A DNA stretch of 63,998 bases, filler included, from Vicugna vicugna (GCA_013265495.1; 78 parts of 74 records of this genome joined end to end with filler, not necessarily neighbours in it); one strand, 5' to 3'. Positions 1 to 12,539 are shown, counted from the first letter of the whole stretch. The notes: a model not told the origin generated them from the letters alone. Numbers and translations: made by a program.

Positions 1-640
1 AGACAGAAAAACAGATCACTGAGCTTGAAGATAGAGTAATGGAAATCACTCCTGCAGAATCAAAAAAAAAAACAAAAACAAAGACAAAATAGTGAAAAGA
101 AATGAGGATAATTTAAGAGACACCTAGGACAATACTGAGCACACTAACATTCAAATTATAGGGGTTCCAGAGCAGAAGAGAGAGAGAAAGGGCCTGAGAA
201 AAATATTTGAAGATAAAATAGCTGAAACCTTCCCTAACTTGAGAAAGGACACAGTCACCCAAGTCCAGGAAACACAGAGTCCCATACAGGATTAAGCCAA
301 AGAGGAGCACACTGAAGCACATAGTAATCCAATTGACAAAAAATAAAAATAAGCAGAAAATATTAAAAACAACAGGAGAACAGCAATAAATAACATACAA
401 GTGAACTTCCATAAGATTACAGCTGATTTTTCAGCAGAAACTCTGCAGGTCAGGAGGAAGTGACACAATACATTTAACATGATGAAAGGGAAAAACCACA
501 ACCAAGAACACACTATCCAGCAAGGCTGTCATTCAGATTTGATTGAGAAATCAACAGATCTACAGACAAGCAAAAGGTACAAGAATTCAGCACCAACCAA
601 ATCAGCTTCACAGCAAGTGTTAAAGGAAATTCTCCAGGTG
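1..640 (+). mobile_element. LINE-1 ORF1 fragment, decayed
   Basis: Typical ORF1 motifs (gagcttgaagataga, ataagattacagctgatttttcagcagaaactctgcagg); ends near ttaaaggaaattctc; contains stops and frameshifts. Confidence 0.85.
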
Positions 641-785
641 TCTGCCTGGAAGGATGCAAGGCACGGTTTTCACCCCCCAGCCGATACTTCTTTCACTAGC
701 ACACTTCCTTCTTGCCAGCTCCAATGAGATGTCTTTGGATAGAATTAATGGAGCACACTGTAGCCTCGCCTTGGGGGCTTTGCCT

Positions 786-885
786 NNNNNNNNNNNNNNN
801 NNNNNNNNNNNNNNNNNNNNNNNNNNNNNTTAATTAATTAANNNNNNNNNNNNNNNNNNNNNNNNNNNNNNNNNNNNNNNNNNNN
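786..885. other. Artificial scaffold-joining linker N44-TTAATTAATTAA-N44 (first of ~77 copies; last core at ~63714)
   Basis: An identical 12-mer with stops in all six frames, flanked by 44 N on each side, separates unrelated sequences throughout the window. Confidence 0.98.
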
Positions 886-1610
886 GCAGGCAGAACAAAC
901 AGACACTAGGAAACAGAATCAGAAACCAGATTAAGTGTTTCTCCTGCAAACCGTTCCCTTTTTGCTGGATGGACGAACGGCTCTCCACATGCTCAGTTCT
1001 GAGAGATAAGTGTGTGTGAAAGCCGACCTTCACCTAGCTTGAAGGGAACACAAAGTTTCTTTTCAGTTGCCAACTCCACTCCATACATAAATATGCGGAG
1101 GTACAAGCTCCAACTCGGTTTTACAGTGAAAACGGCAGGCACTTCAAACCGGCACTAAGAAATATAATGAGAAACCAGAGTAAGTGTTTCTCCTGCAACC
1201 CGTTCCCTTGTTGCTGGATGAACGAACGTCTCTACACATGCTCAGTTCTGAGAGATAAGTGTGTGTGAAAGCCGTCCTTCACCTAGCTTGAAGGGAACAC
1301 AAAGTTTCTTTTCAGTTGCCAACTCCACTCCATANNNNNNNNNNNNNNNNNNNNNNNNNNNNNNNNNNNNNNNNNNNNNNNNNNNNNNNNNNNNNNNNNN
1401 NNNNNNNNNNNNNNNNNNNNNNNNGCAACCCGTTCCCTTGGTGCTGGATGAAAGAACGTCTCTCCACATGCTCAGTTCTGAGAGAAAAGTGTGTGTGAAA
1501 GCCGTCCTTCACCTAGCTTGAAGGGAACAGAAAGTTTCTTTTCAGTTGCCAACTCCACTAAATAAAAATATATGGAGAGGTAAAAACTCCAACTCGGTTT
1601 TACAGTGAAA
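886..1610. repeat. SatA 249-bp satellite
   Basis: gctcagttct at 991 and 1240 (period 249). Confidence 0.95.
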
Positions 1611-1759
1611 NNNNNNNNNNNNNNNNNNNNNNNNNNNNNNNNNNNNNNNNNNNNTTAATTAATTAANNNNNNNNNNNNNNNNNNNNNNNNNNNNNNNNNN
1701 NNNNNNNNNNGATGCTTTTTTCAGAAAGTGCAGAAGACGCGTGTGAGAGCTGTAGTGTA

Positions 1760-1960
1760 GGGCCTGCAGAGAGGTGGTTGCATCTGAGAGACGGAGCAGC
1801 TAGAATCAGTAACACTTGGTGAATTACTGAATGTGGTGATTGAGGAAGAAGAAGGAATCAATGATGACTCAGATTTCCAGAAAGACCAACTAGCTGAAGG
1901 GCAAGGCTATTAGCCTAGATCAGGGACAGGGGAAGAGGAATAAGATTGGGGACAAGATAG
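1760..1960 (-). mobile_element. LINE-2 fragment
   Basis: cttggtgaattactgaatgtggtgattgaggaagaagaaggaatcaatgatgactcagatttc resembles the antisense L2 consensus. Confidence 0.65.
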
Positions 1961-3364
1961 GTTTTTTTNNNNNNNNNNNNNNNNNNNNNNNNNNNNNNNN
2001 NNNNNNNNNNNNNNNNNNNNNNNNNNNNNNNNNNNNNNNNNNNNNNNNNNNNNNNNNNNNNNNNNNNNNNNNNNNNNNNNNNNNNNNNNNNNNNNNNNNN
2101 NNNNNNNNNNNNNNNNNNNNNNNNNNNNNNNNGGCAGCCAGCCGTGGCGGGGAGGCGGGCAGCAAGGGCTCTCGCTCTTTATCTGTGCCCACCTCTCTGA
2201 GATGAATTGTGAGCATGTTGATAGCCCCGGAGGTGGCGATCCGGGGCTATCTAATTGTTGGTATAAATCTGGCACATGAAAATCTATTTCCTTTTATGNN
2301 NNNNNNNNNNNNNNNNNNNNNNNNNNNNNNNNNNNNNNNNNNTTAATTAATTAANNNNNNNNNNNNNNNNNNNNNNNNNNNNNNNNNNNNNNNNNNNNTA
2401 CCGAAATTGACAAGTCTGGCTTCTAGGTCGATTTAGGATGTTTAAAAAACTAACTTCATTTTCGTATAACTCTCAAAACATGGAAAACATATCTATGAAA
2501 CTTTTTAAAGGCTGCAAATGAGATATCAACACAATGTCAAAACTGGAGTCTTCGGAAAATCCCTCCCACCACGGCTGTATAGAAACAAAGAGCTAAACAA
2601 AAATCACATATCTGGGAAGTGTATCTGGAAAGTGGTGATTCATCATTGGCAGAGAAGAATTGCAAACTGCGCTCACTCGCTCCCATGTACACAGCAATGG
2701 AAACATCCACTCACCCAGCCCTTGGCACAGAACACTTGCCGAAGAGAGGTCTGTTACTTCCAATGACAGGATAAGGCCTCAGAACCCCTGGAAGCAGGAG
2801 AAGGCAAAGCAGGGATTGGAAACCAGTGCAGGGTCTGACCCCTGGTGATGGAGCAGCAAAGGTGAAGCTCTGTTTAACTTGGAAACACACTCTCAAGCGG
2901 ACAGGAGACATGGGATTGAAGGTGATGCGCTGAGTGTTAGAAGAGGGCACAGCAGATGCTTGGCTGATAGAACTCAAAGAAACCAGTGCAAATTATCGCC
3001 ACAGTAGATTCTGAGACCAAGATCCGAGCTGCCAAATTTGACGTAGCAGAGGCAGTGGTCAGGGAGGGATAGGGCTACGGATGATGGCACACGCTGAGTC
3101 TCAGTGATCTGAAGTGCGTTGTGGGATGTGGTGGGTCCTATCAAGAGAGCAATCCAACCTGTGACCCCAGTGAGAAGGCCACCACACCGGCACGCGCGGT
3201 NNNNNNNNNNNNNNNNNNNNNNNNNNNNNNNNNNNNNNNNNNNNTTAATTAATTAANNNNNNNNNNNNNNNNNNNNNNNNNNNNNNNNNNNNNNNNNNNN
3301 TCCTTCTGGTTATCACCTAGTCTGAGGTCTTGGCATCCTTCTCATTTGATTTCCTTTTTTTTTT

Positions 3365-3997
3365 TTAAAGAAATTTTTATTGTGGTATGGTTCATATACA
3401 GTAAACAACACACATTTCAGATGTACACTTTGATGAATTTTGATAGAAGTCTACACCCATGAAACTACTGCCACACTCATGAAAGTTAACATTTCCAGCA
3501 CTCCCCAAGGGCTGCAATTTTCAAAGTCCCAATTTATCCCTTCCCACTCCCTTTAATCCCTGGTAACTGTAAGTTTGTTCTCTATGTCTGTGACTCTGTT
3601 TCTGTTTTGTAGATAAGTTCATTCATGTGCTTTTTTTTTTTTAGATTCTACAAATAAGTGATATCATGTAGNNNNNNNNNNNNNNNNNNNNNNNNNNNNN
3701 NNNNNNNNNNNNNNNNNNNNNNNNNNNNNNNNNNNNNNNNNNNNNNNNNNNNNNNNNNNNNNNNNNNNNNNNNNNNNNNNNNNNNNNNNNNNNNNNNNNN
3801 NNNNNNNNNNNNNNNNNNNNNNNNNNNNNNNNNNNNNNNNNNNNNNNNNNNNNNNNNNNNNNNNNNNNNNNNNNNNNNNNNNNNNNNNNNNNNNNNNNNN
3901 NNNNNNNNNNNNNNNNNNNNNNNNNNNNNNNNNNNNNNNNNNNNNGTGTTAGGTCTATTCCTAGTCTTTTGGGGAATCTCCATACTATTTTCCACAG
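3365..3997 (-). mobile_element. LINE-1 3' end (composite)
   Basis: Poly-T followed by antisense L1 3'UTR (ccctggtaactgtaagtttgttctctatgtc, ttagattctacaaataagtgatatc, aatctccatactattttccacag). Confidence 0.85.
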
Positions 3998-4097
3998 NNN
4001 NNNNNNNNNNNNNNNNNNNNNNNNNNNNNNNNNNNNNNNNNTTAATTAATTAANNNNNNNNNNNNNNNNNNNNNNNNNNNNNNNNNNNNNNNNNNNN

Positions 4098-4547
4098 ACT
4101 AAGAAACACACTGAGAATCCAGAGTGAGTGTTTCTCCTGCAAACCATTTGGTTTGTTCCAGATGAACGAACGTTCTCCACATGCTCCATTCTCAGAGAAA
4201 AGCGTTTGTGAAAGTCATCCTTCATCAAGCTTGTTGGGAACACAAAATTTCTCTTCAGTTGCAAACTCAAATCCATATATACATATGGGGAGGTACATGC
4301 TCCAAGTCGGTTTTACAGTGAAAAATGCAGGGACTTCAAACCGGCACTAGGAATCACTCTCAGAAACCTGAGTGATTGTTTCCCCTGCAACAAGTTCACC
4401 TTGTGCTAGATGAAACAACGTCTTTCCACATGCTCATTTCAGAGACTTAACCGTGAGTGAAAGTGTTCATTCACCTAGCATGTTTGGAACACAAAGGTAT
4501 TCTTCAGTTGGAAACTCCACTCCATACATATATATGGGTAGGTACAA
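4098..4547. repeat. SatA, diverged copies
   Basis: Same motifs as 886-1610 with many substitutions. Confidence 0.9.
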
Positions 4548-4705
4548 NNNNNNNNNNNNNNNNNNNNNNNNNNNNNNNNNNNNNNNNNNNNTTAATTAAT
4601 TAANNNNNNNNNNNNNNNNNNNNNNNNNNNNNNNNNNNNNNNNNNNNGCTTGTATGGCCGAGCTGGTATTTGAATGTTATTATTTGAATGCACGTCTGAA
4701 GATAG

Positions 4706-4907
4706 CACAGCGGTCCGTAATTCTCAGACTTCACTGCATGAACGGCACGAGGAGTATTGCTGAAATGCAGATTCACAGGCCTGCACTCCAGACCCCCCGG
4801 ATCAGAGGTCCTCTGGGTCGGGTCGGGACCTTATATCCTGAACACACATCTCAGGCAGTAATCCTGGGACAGGCGGTTGGAGATCCACAATTTGACAAAC
4901 ACTGTAC
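4706..4907. mobile_element. MER5-like hAT-Charlie MITE
   Basis: gaaatgcagattcacaggcctgcactccagacc ... tttgacaaacactg terminus typical of MER5. Confidence 0.6.
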
Positions 4908-5622
4908 TGTTGTTAGTGGAATTCGTAAGGCACTGTTAAATACGATTTTCAGGCTTTTATGTTAAATCTTCGTCAGTGAAAGAGTTCAAATTTCTGTCCT
5001 CACTGTTGTCTTAAGTATCTGTTATTATTTTAGGAAAGAAAACATTGGGTTCATGTCTTTCCTCAGCTTCAGCCAAGATTAATGCATGTCACAGGACAGA
5101 ACTCTTTCTTCTAAATTCACCTTCTAAGGTTTTATGAATAAGCAGGGCTGGACTGACCGACTTCAGAGGGACTTAAATTTGGGAGAGTGCTAATGACCTT
5201 CTGCTGCTTCTTTTTTTTTTTTTTTNNNNNNNNNNNNNNNNNNNNNNNNNNNNNNNNNNNNNNNNNNNNNNNNNNNNNNNNNNNNNNNNNNNNNNNNNNN
5301 NNNNNNNNNNNNNNAATGCCGTGATCAGAATAGATTTGTGTTGCAAATATATCCACTAGCAGCTTGAATACGTTATCATCAGAGGGTTAAAATAAGAGAA
5401 TTGTGGGTAAAGAGTGTGAGAGGGTGTTTACGGTGCTATAAACACAGCTGGCAATTGTAACAGAGCTAAAAAGGGGGGTAATTAATTGATCTAACTTTTT
5501 TAAAAAATTCATTTTATTTAAGNNNNNNNNNNNNNNNNNNNNNNNNNNNNNNNNNNNNNNNNNNNNTTAATTAATTAANNNNNNNNNNNNNNNNNNNNNN
5601 NNNNNNNNNNNNNNNNNNNNNN

Positions 5623-6403
5623 GAACACGAAATATTGAATATATAAAAAAGGATATAAAATCTAGAATTTATTAATTGAATGCCAAACACAGAATTTAGA
5701 ATATAGAATACGGAATACTGAATATAGAATTTAGAATATATCATGCAGAACACAGAATATAGATTATAGAATACATAATAATGATATAGAATTTAGAATA
5801 TAGAATGTAGAACACAGAATATAGAATATAGAATACGGAATGAAAAATATAGTATACAGAATATAGAATGTAGAACACAGAATATAGAATATGGAAAACA
5901 GAAACAGAATATAGGGAAAACAGAATACAAAACCAAGAATTTAGAAAATATAATGCAGAACACAGAATTTGGAAAATAGAATAGAGAATACTGTATATAA
6001 AATATAGAACATGGAATGCAGAACAGAATTTACAATATAGAATAGAGAATACTGGACATAGAATTTAGAATATAGAATATAGAACCCATAATATAGAATA
6101 TATAAAACGGAATACAGAATATAGAATGTAGAATATAGAATGTAGAACACACAATATAGAATATAGAATAGAAAATATAGAACCCAGAATTTAGAACATG
6201 GAATGCAGAACACAGAATTCACAATATAGAATACAGAATACTGAAGCTAGAATTTAGAATATAGAATGTAGAACACAGAATATAAAATATATTTTATGGA
6301 ATGCAGAATATAGGATGTAGAATATAGAATGAAGAACAGAAAATATAGAAAATATAAGAGAAATTATAGAACCCAGAATTTAGAAATGGAATGCAGAACA
6401 CAG
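5623..6403. repeat. SatE heptamer (AGAATAT-based) satellite
   Basis: GAA recurs every 7 nt; landmark acccagaatttagaacatggaatgcagaacac. Confidence 0.95.
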
Positions 6404-6503
6404 NNNNNNNNNNNNNNNNNNNNNNNNNNNNNNNNNNNNNNNNNNNNTTAATTAATTAANNNNNNNNNNNNNNNNNNNNNNNNNNNNNNNNNNNNNNNNN
6501 NNN

Positions 6504-6965
6504 AATAAAGAGTCCAAAAATTAACCCACACACATATGGTCAATTAGTTTACAATGATGGATGCAAGTGTACACAATGGAAAAAAAGCAGTCTCTTCAAC
6601 AAGTAGTTCTGAGAAATCTTGACAGTATATGAAAAAGGAAGATGGAAGAGCACTTCCTTCCATAGTATACAAAATGAGATAACAATGGATTAATTTCCTA
6701 AATGTAAAGCCCGAAACTATACAATTTCTGACCAAGAATAGGAGCAGAACTGACTTTGAGATAAATTATAGCAATGTGTATTTTTGTTCTGTCTCCAAAC
6801 CAAATTAAAAAAAAAGAAAACTAACAATTACAGTTTTTAGTTTACTGAGGAAAAAATAGATGTACTATATGATATAGGGAATTTACTTCTTGTATAAATG
6901 TGAAGTGAAAACCTTTTGCAAAGCAAAGGAAACCTTCAGCAAGACATATGATAAAAGACAGAATA
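6504..6965 (+). mobile_element. LINE-1 ORF2 C-terminal fragment, decayed
   Basis: acaatggaaaaaaagcagtctcttcaacaag, aatggattaa...aaatgtaaagcccgaaactatacaa. Confidence 0.8.
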
Positions 6966-7066
6966 GNNNNNNNNNNNNNNNNNNNNNNNNNNNNNNNNNN
7001 NNNNNNNNNNTTAATTAATTAANNNNNNNNNNNNNNNNNNNNNNNNNNNNNNNNNNNNNNNNNNNN

Positions 7067-7715
7067 ACACCACTGTTATTTGCTTCACATGCCCTGATTT
7101 CAAACTGTATTACAAAGACATAGTAATCAAAAGAGCATAGTATTGGCAGAAAAATTTAAACATACATCAGTGTAACAGAATTGAAAGTCCACAATGAAAC
7201 TCATACCTGTATGTGCAATTAATTTCTGACAAAGAAGAAAAGAACATACAATGGAGAAAGGAGAGTCTCTTCAAAATCATGTTAGAAAAACTGGACAGCC
7301 AGGTTTAAAAAAAAAATGAAGCTAGACCACTATCTCACATCATGCACAAAAATCAACTCAAAATGGATTAAAAACTTCAATGTAAGGCCTGAAACCATAA
7401 AACTACTAAAAGCAAATATAGGCACTATGCTTTGGACATACAGGTGGCCAACGGACTCTTGAAAAGATGTTCAACATCACTAATTATTAGGGAAATGAAA
7501 ATCAAAACCTCAATTGCCTCACTCCTATTGGAATGGCGATTATCAAATAAATAGGAAATAACAAGTGTTGGTAAGAATGTGGAGAAAAGAGAAACCTCAC
7601 GCACTGTTTCTGGGGATGTAAATTCATGCAGCTGCTATGGAAAACAGCAGGGAGACTCTTAGCAGGGAGACTCTTCAAAAAATTAAGAATAGAATTACCA
7701 CATGACTCACCTTTT
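7067..7715 (+). mobile_element. LINE-1 ORF2 fragment with an internal deletion
   Basis: cctgatttcaaactgtattacaaag, aaaatcaactcaaaatggatta; jumps to gacatacaggtggccaac at ~7435; 15-bp tandem duplication at ~7646-7676. Confidence 0.9.
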
Positions 7716-7999
7716 NNNNNNNNNNNNNNNNNNNNNNNNNNNNNNNNNNNNNNNNNNNNTTAATTAATTAANNNNNNNNNNNNNNNNNNNNNNNNNNNNN
7801 NNNNNNNNNNNNNNNGAGTGTAGTGTCCATTGTGGGACAGGTGGCCCATGGGTCTGTGTGTCTCAGATTTCCCCCTCCTCCCTAGTCCTCTTCCTCTCAG
7901 TCCAGGATGAAGTTCCCTAGTAGATTTACACAGAGGTCTTGTGGAAATGGCTTTTCATTTTATTGTTTCACCAAGGAGGGTTGCCATCATTATCTCTGT

Positions 8000-8155
8000 G
8001 GTCAGGTTTTGGTGACCTGAAGGCTATGCAATTGGGGATTTCTATTTAATAAAAAGAAAAAAAATTACAAATACAAAATTAGACCTAGGTTGGTGGCAGG
8101 GGCATTTGAAAGTGGGGACCATTAGCTTTGTTAGCTTCAGGTGCAGTGGCCTCTG
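8000..8155. mobile_element. Zaphod/MER91-like hAT-Tip100 MITE
   Basis: caggttttggtgacctgaagg ... aaattacaaatacaaaattag ... ttagcttcagg...gcctctg; paralogous copy at ~14110-14271. Confidence 0.55.
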
Positions 8156-8313
8156 GCCACGAGGACCTTCATGCTCTGAAGTTGGAGGGACCAGTGGGTT
8201 CAGTGGGAATATTNNNNNNNNNNNNNNNNNNNNNNNNNNNNNNNNNNNNNNNNNNNNTTAATTAATTAANNNNNNNNNNNNNNNNNNNNNNNNNNNNNNN
8301 NNNNNNNNNNNNN

Positions 8314-9294
8314 TGTTTCCTTCAAGCTAGTTGAAAGAGGGCTTTCACACACACTTATTTCTCAGAAAATAGCATGTGAAGAGACGTTCGTTCATCCAGC
8401 ACAAAGGGAACTGGTTGCAGGAAACGCACTTACTCTGGTCTCTCAGTCTGTTTCCTAGTGCCGGTTTGAGTTTCCTGCTGCTTTCAGTGAAAAACCGAGT
8501 TGGAGATTGAGCCACCCCATGTATATGTATGTATTGGGGTTTGCAACTTAAAAGAAGTTTTGTGTTCCCTTCAAGCTAGTTGAAGTACGGCTTTCACACA
8601 CACTTATCTCTAAGAACTGAGCATGTGGAGAGACGTTCGTTCATCCAGCACAAAGGGAACGGGTTGCAGGGGAAACCCTTGCACTGGTTTCTCAGTCTGT
8701 TTCCTAGTGCCGGTTTGAAGTGCCTGCCTTTTTCACTGTAAAACCGAGTTGGAAGTTGTACATTCCCATATATATGTATGGAGTGGAGTTTGCAAATGGA
8801 CAGAAACTTTGTGTTCCCTTCAAGCTAGGTGAAGGAAGGCTTTCACACACACTTATCTCTCAGAACTGAGCATGTGGAGAGAAGTTCTTTCATCCAGCAC
8901 TCAGTCTGTTTCCTAGTGCCGGTTTGAAGTGCCTGCCTTTTTCACTGTAAAACCGAGTTGGAAGTTGTACATTCCCATATATATGTATGGAGTGGAGTTT
9001 GCAAATGGACAGAAACTTTGTGTTCCCTTCAAGCTAGGTGAAGGACAGCATTCACACACACTTATCTCTCAGAACTGAGCATGTGGAGAGACGTTCGTTC
9101 ATCCAGCACAAAGGGAACGGGTTGCAGGGGAAACCCTTGCACTGGTTTCTCAGTCTGTTTCCTAGGGCCGGTTTGAAGTGCCTGCCGTTTTCACTGGAAA
9201 ACCGAGTAGGAGCTTGTACCTCCCCTTATATATGTATGGATTGGGGCTTGCAACTGAACAGAAATATTGTGTTCCCTTCAAGCTAGGTGAAGGA
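8314..9294. repeat. SatA, opposite orientation, includes a 40-bp-deleted monomer
   Basis: gaactgag at 8614, 8863 (249) and 9072 (209). Confidence 0.95.
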
Positions 9295-9394
9295 NNNNNN
9301 NNNNNNNNNNNNNNNNNNNNNNNNNNNNNNNNNNNNNNTTAATTAATTAANNNNNNNNNNNNNNNNNNNNNNNNNNNNNNNNNNNNNNNNNNNN

Positions 9395-10711
9395 CAACGG
9401 TCGGCAGCGTGTGGGTTCTAACGAAATGCCTAAGCTCGTTTCCCTGAGGTTTTTCCTAATGTCTCTGTGCCAGGGATTGCTAGGGTTGATTGCAGGATAT
9501 CCCAGTGACTGAGGCTGCCTCCCCAAGTTCAGGGAAGGTATTTCCCGGACTTCCCCGTAAAGGGAAATCCTGTGAATGAAGAGAGATGCGTGGAATGGTC
9601 TATCGAGCTCCCCCACGCACTGACAATGGTTCCGGAATCCTGAGAGTGGGGAGGTTCCACCAACGGTCGACAGCGCGTGGGTACTAACGGAATGCCTAAG
9701 CTCGTCTCCCCTGANNNNNNNNNNNNNNNNNNNNNNNNNNNNNNNNNNNNNNNNNNNNNNNNNNNNNNNNNNNNNNNNNNNNNNNNNNNNNNNNNNNNNN
9801 NNNNNNNNNNNNNNNNNNNNNNNNNNNNNNNNNNNNNNNNNNNNNNNNNNNNNNNNNNNNNNNNNNNNNNNNNNNNNNNNNNNNNATGGTTCCGGAATCC
9901 TGAGCGTGGGGAGGTTCCAACAATGGTCGGCAGCGCGTGGGTTCTAACGGAATGCCTAAGCTCGTCTCCCCTGAGTTTTTTCCTAATTTCTCTGTGCCAG
10001 GGAATGGTAGGGGAGTTTGCAGGATATCCCAGTGTCATACGCTGAATCCAAAAGTTCAGGGAAGGTATTTCCCGGTCTTCCCCGCACAGGGAATTCCTGT
10101 GAATGAAGAGAGCTGCGTGGAGTTGTCTCTCGAGCTCCCCCACGCACTGACAATGGTTCCGGAATCCTGAGCGTGGGGAGGTTCCACCAACGGTCGGCAG
10201 CGCTTGGGTTCTAACGGAATGCCTAAGNNNNNNNNNNNNNNNNNNNNNNNNNNNNNNNNNNNNNNNNNNNNNNNNNNNNNNNNNNNNNNNNNNNNNNNNN
10301 NNNNNNNNNNNNNNNNNNNNNNNNNNNNNNNNNNNNNNNNNNNNNNNNNNNNNNNNNNNNNNNNNNNNNNNNNNNNNNNNNNNNNNNNNNNNNNNNNNNN
10401 NNNNNNNNNNNNNNNNNNNNNNNNNNNNNNNNNNNNNNNNNNNNNNNNNNNNNNNNNNNNNNNNNNNNNNNNGCAGCGCGTGGGTTCTAACGGAATGCCT
10501 AAGCTCGTCTCCCCTGAGGTTTCTCCTAATTTCTCTGTGCCAGGGAATGCTAGGGTGGTTTGCAGTATATCCCAGTGACATACGCTGCCTCCAAAACGTC
10601 AGGGAAGGTATTCCCCGGACTTCACCGAACAGGGAACCCCTGTGAATGATGAGAGCTGCGTGGAGATGTCTCTCGATTTCCCCACGCACTGACAATTGTT
10701 CCGGAATCCTG
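9395..10711. repeat. SatB 267-bp satellite
   Basis: atggttccggaatcc at 9886 and 10153 (period 267). Confidence 0.95.
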
Positions 10712-10811
10712 NNNNNNNNNNNNNNNNNNNNNNNNNNNNNNNNNNNNNNNNNNNNTTAATTAATTAANNNNNNNNNNNNNNNNNNNNNNNNNNNNNNNNN
10801 NNNNNNNNNNN

Positions 10812-11550
10812 TGCAAATCTGGTAATGTTTTATTGGATTTCAGACACTGTAAATTTCACCTTTTTGAGTGTCAGAGATATTTTTATACCGATAAATATCC
10901 TTGAGCTCTATTCTATAAGGCAGTTATGTTACTTAGAAAAAGTTTAATCTTTTCAGGTCTTGTTTTTAAAATGTGCTAGGTATGAAAAAAGTAGTGCTTT
11001 TTCTAGGGCTAATAATTTCCCATTATTAAAACAAGACCGTTGTGAGTCTTGTGGATTATGAATCTTGTGGACTATGGCCTCTAATCCTTGAAGGTATTTG
11101 TGTATGTGTTGTGTTGTGTTGTGTTGTGTACGTGTATGTGTTGCTCACCATTCTGTTGAATACTTGAGGGGTTTCCTCCACAGATTTTTCAAGTTCTTAC
11201 TCTATGCACCTCTCTATTCTCCATTGCTCTGCAATTTGATCTCTACTCAAATGTCTCACCAGATTATCAGTTTATTCTCTTTAACTCAGGGAGAACACCA
11301 GGCTCCATCAACCCCTGTGCCCCCAAAACACTTCACCACAGCGTGAAAACTCTCCGGGCAGTAAGCCAGGGAAGTTGTTCAGCTCATCTTGTTTGTTGCT
11401 CATGCCTCTGGGGTCACTGGGCTTTGCTGCTTGGTGTTCACTGCTTTACAAACCATCGTTTCATACATTCTGCTGGTCATTTTAGTTGTTTCAGGTGTGA
11501 TGATAAATCTGGTCTCTGTTATTCCATCCTCATTAGAAGCAGAAGTCTGA
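10812..11550 (-). mobile_element. Old LINE-1 (L1M-type) 5' region
   Basis: Ends in aaatctggtctctgttattccatcctcattagaagcagaagtc, the antisense of an old L1 5' terminus. Confidence 0.6.
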
Positions 11551-12539
11551 CATCATTGAATTCCCATAATCTTTAAAAGTAAGACCTCTGATCAAAATAC
11601 AATTTACGGAGTGAACTAATATTCTAGCCAGAACTTTATTCTTACATCCGTGTACACATCTCTGATNNNNNNNNNNNNNNNNNNNNNNNNNNNNNNNNNN
11701 NNNNNNNNNNTTAATTAATTAANNNNNNNNNNNNNNNNNNNNNNNNNNNNNNNNNNNNNNNNNNNNGAGAGAGAGAGAGAACAAGAGAGATGCAGAAGGA
11801 GACACGCAATTTAGGGAGGTAGGGATGAAGGGCGTGAGCGAGAGAGAGAGATTGATTGCCTGCCTGATATCCCCAGCACCTTGGTTAATTGGAGCCCTGC
11901 TGAGAATAATCTGGCTATAATCTGGGAACCAAGAGAAGTGCTAGGAGTGTTGAGTAACGGTGCTCCCCTGTACTGGCCCTAATGGAAGCTCTCTTGCTCC
12001 NNNNNNNNNNNNNNNNNNNNNNNNNNNNNNNNNNNNNNNNNNNNTTAATTAATTAANNNNNNNNNNNNNNNNNNNNNNNNNNNNNNNNNNNNNNNNNNNN
12101 AAGGAGAAGGGGAATTCCAAAGCTTCCTAGAGAATGGTGGCAGAGCTGTGCAAGAAGGAATATTTGGCTGCAACATAAAAACCCATCTGACATTTGAGCT
12201 GAGCCTAGGCCCTAGACCCTTGAAACATGGAAACCCCAAACACATAATGGGCCTTCTTTAGTGTACTCTTTTGCCACCCTTGTTTATGAGACTCAGCCAT
12301 GTGCACTGAGATGGAGACAACGAGCTTCTTCAGCAACAGTTGGGGATGAGTCGAATTCAACCAGCACTTGGTTCAAACGATGCTTGTGTGTGTTGGTGTG
12401 TGTGTGCTGTAAGTGTTTGTGGCCAAGAGACCATAAGAANNNNNNNNNNNNNNNNNNNNNNNNNNNNNNNNNNNNNNNNNNNNTTAATTAATTAANNNNN
12501 NNNNNNNNNNNNNNNNNNNNNNNNNNNNNNNNNNNNNNN

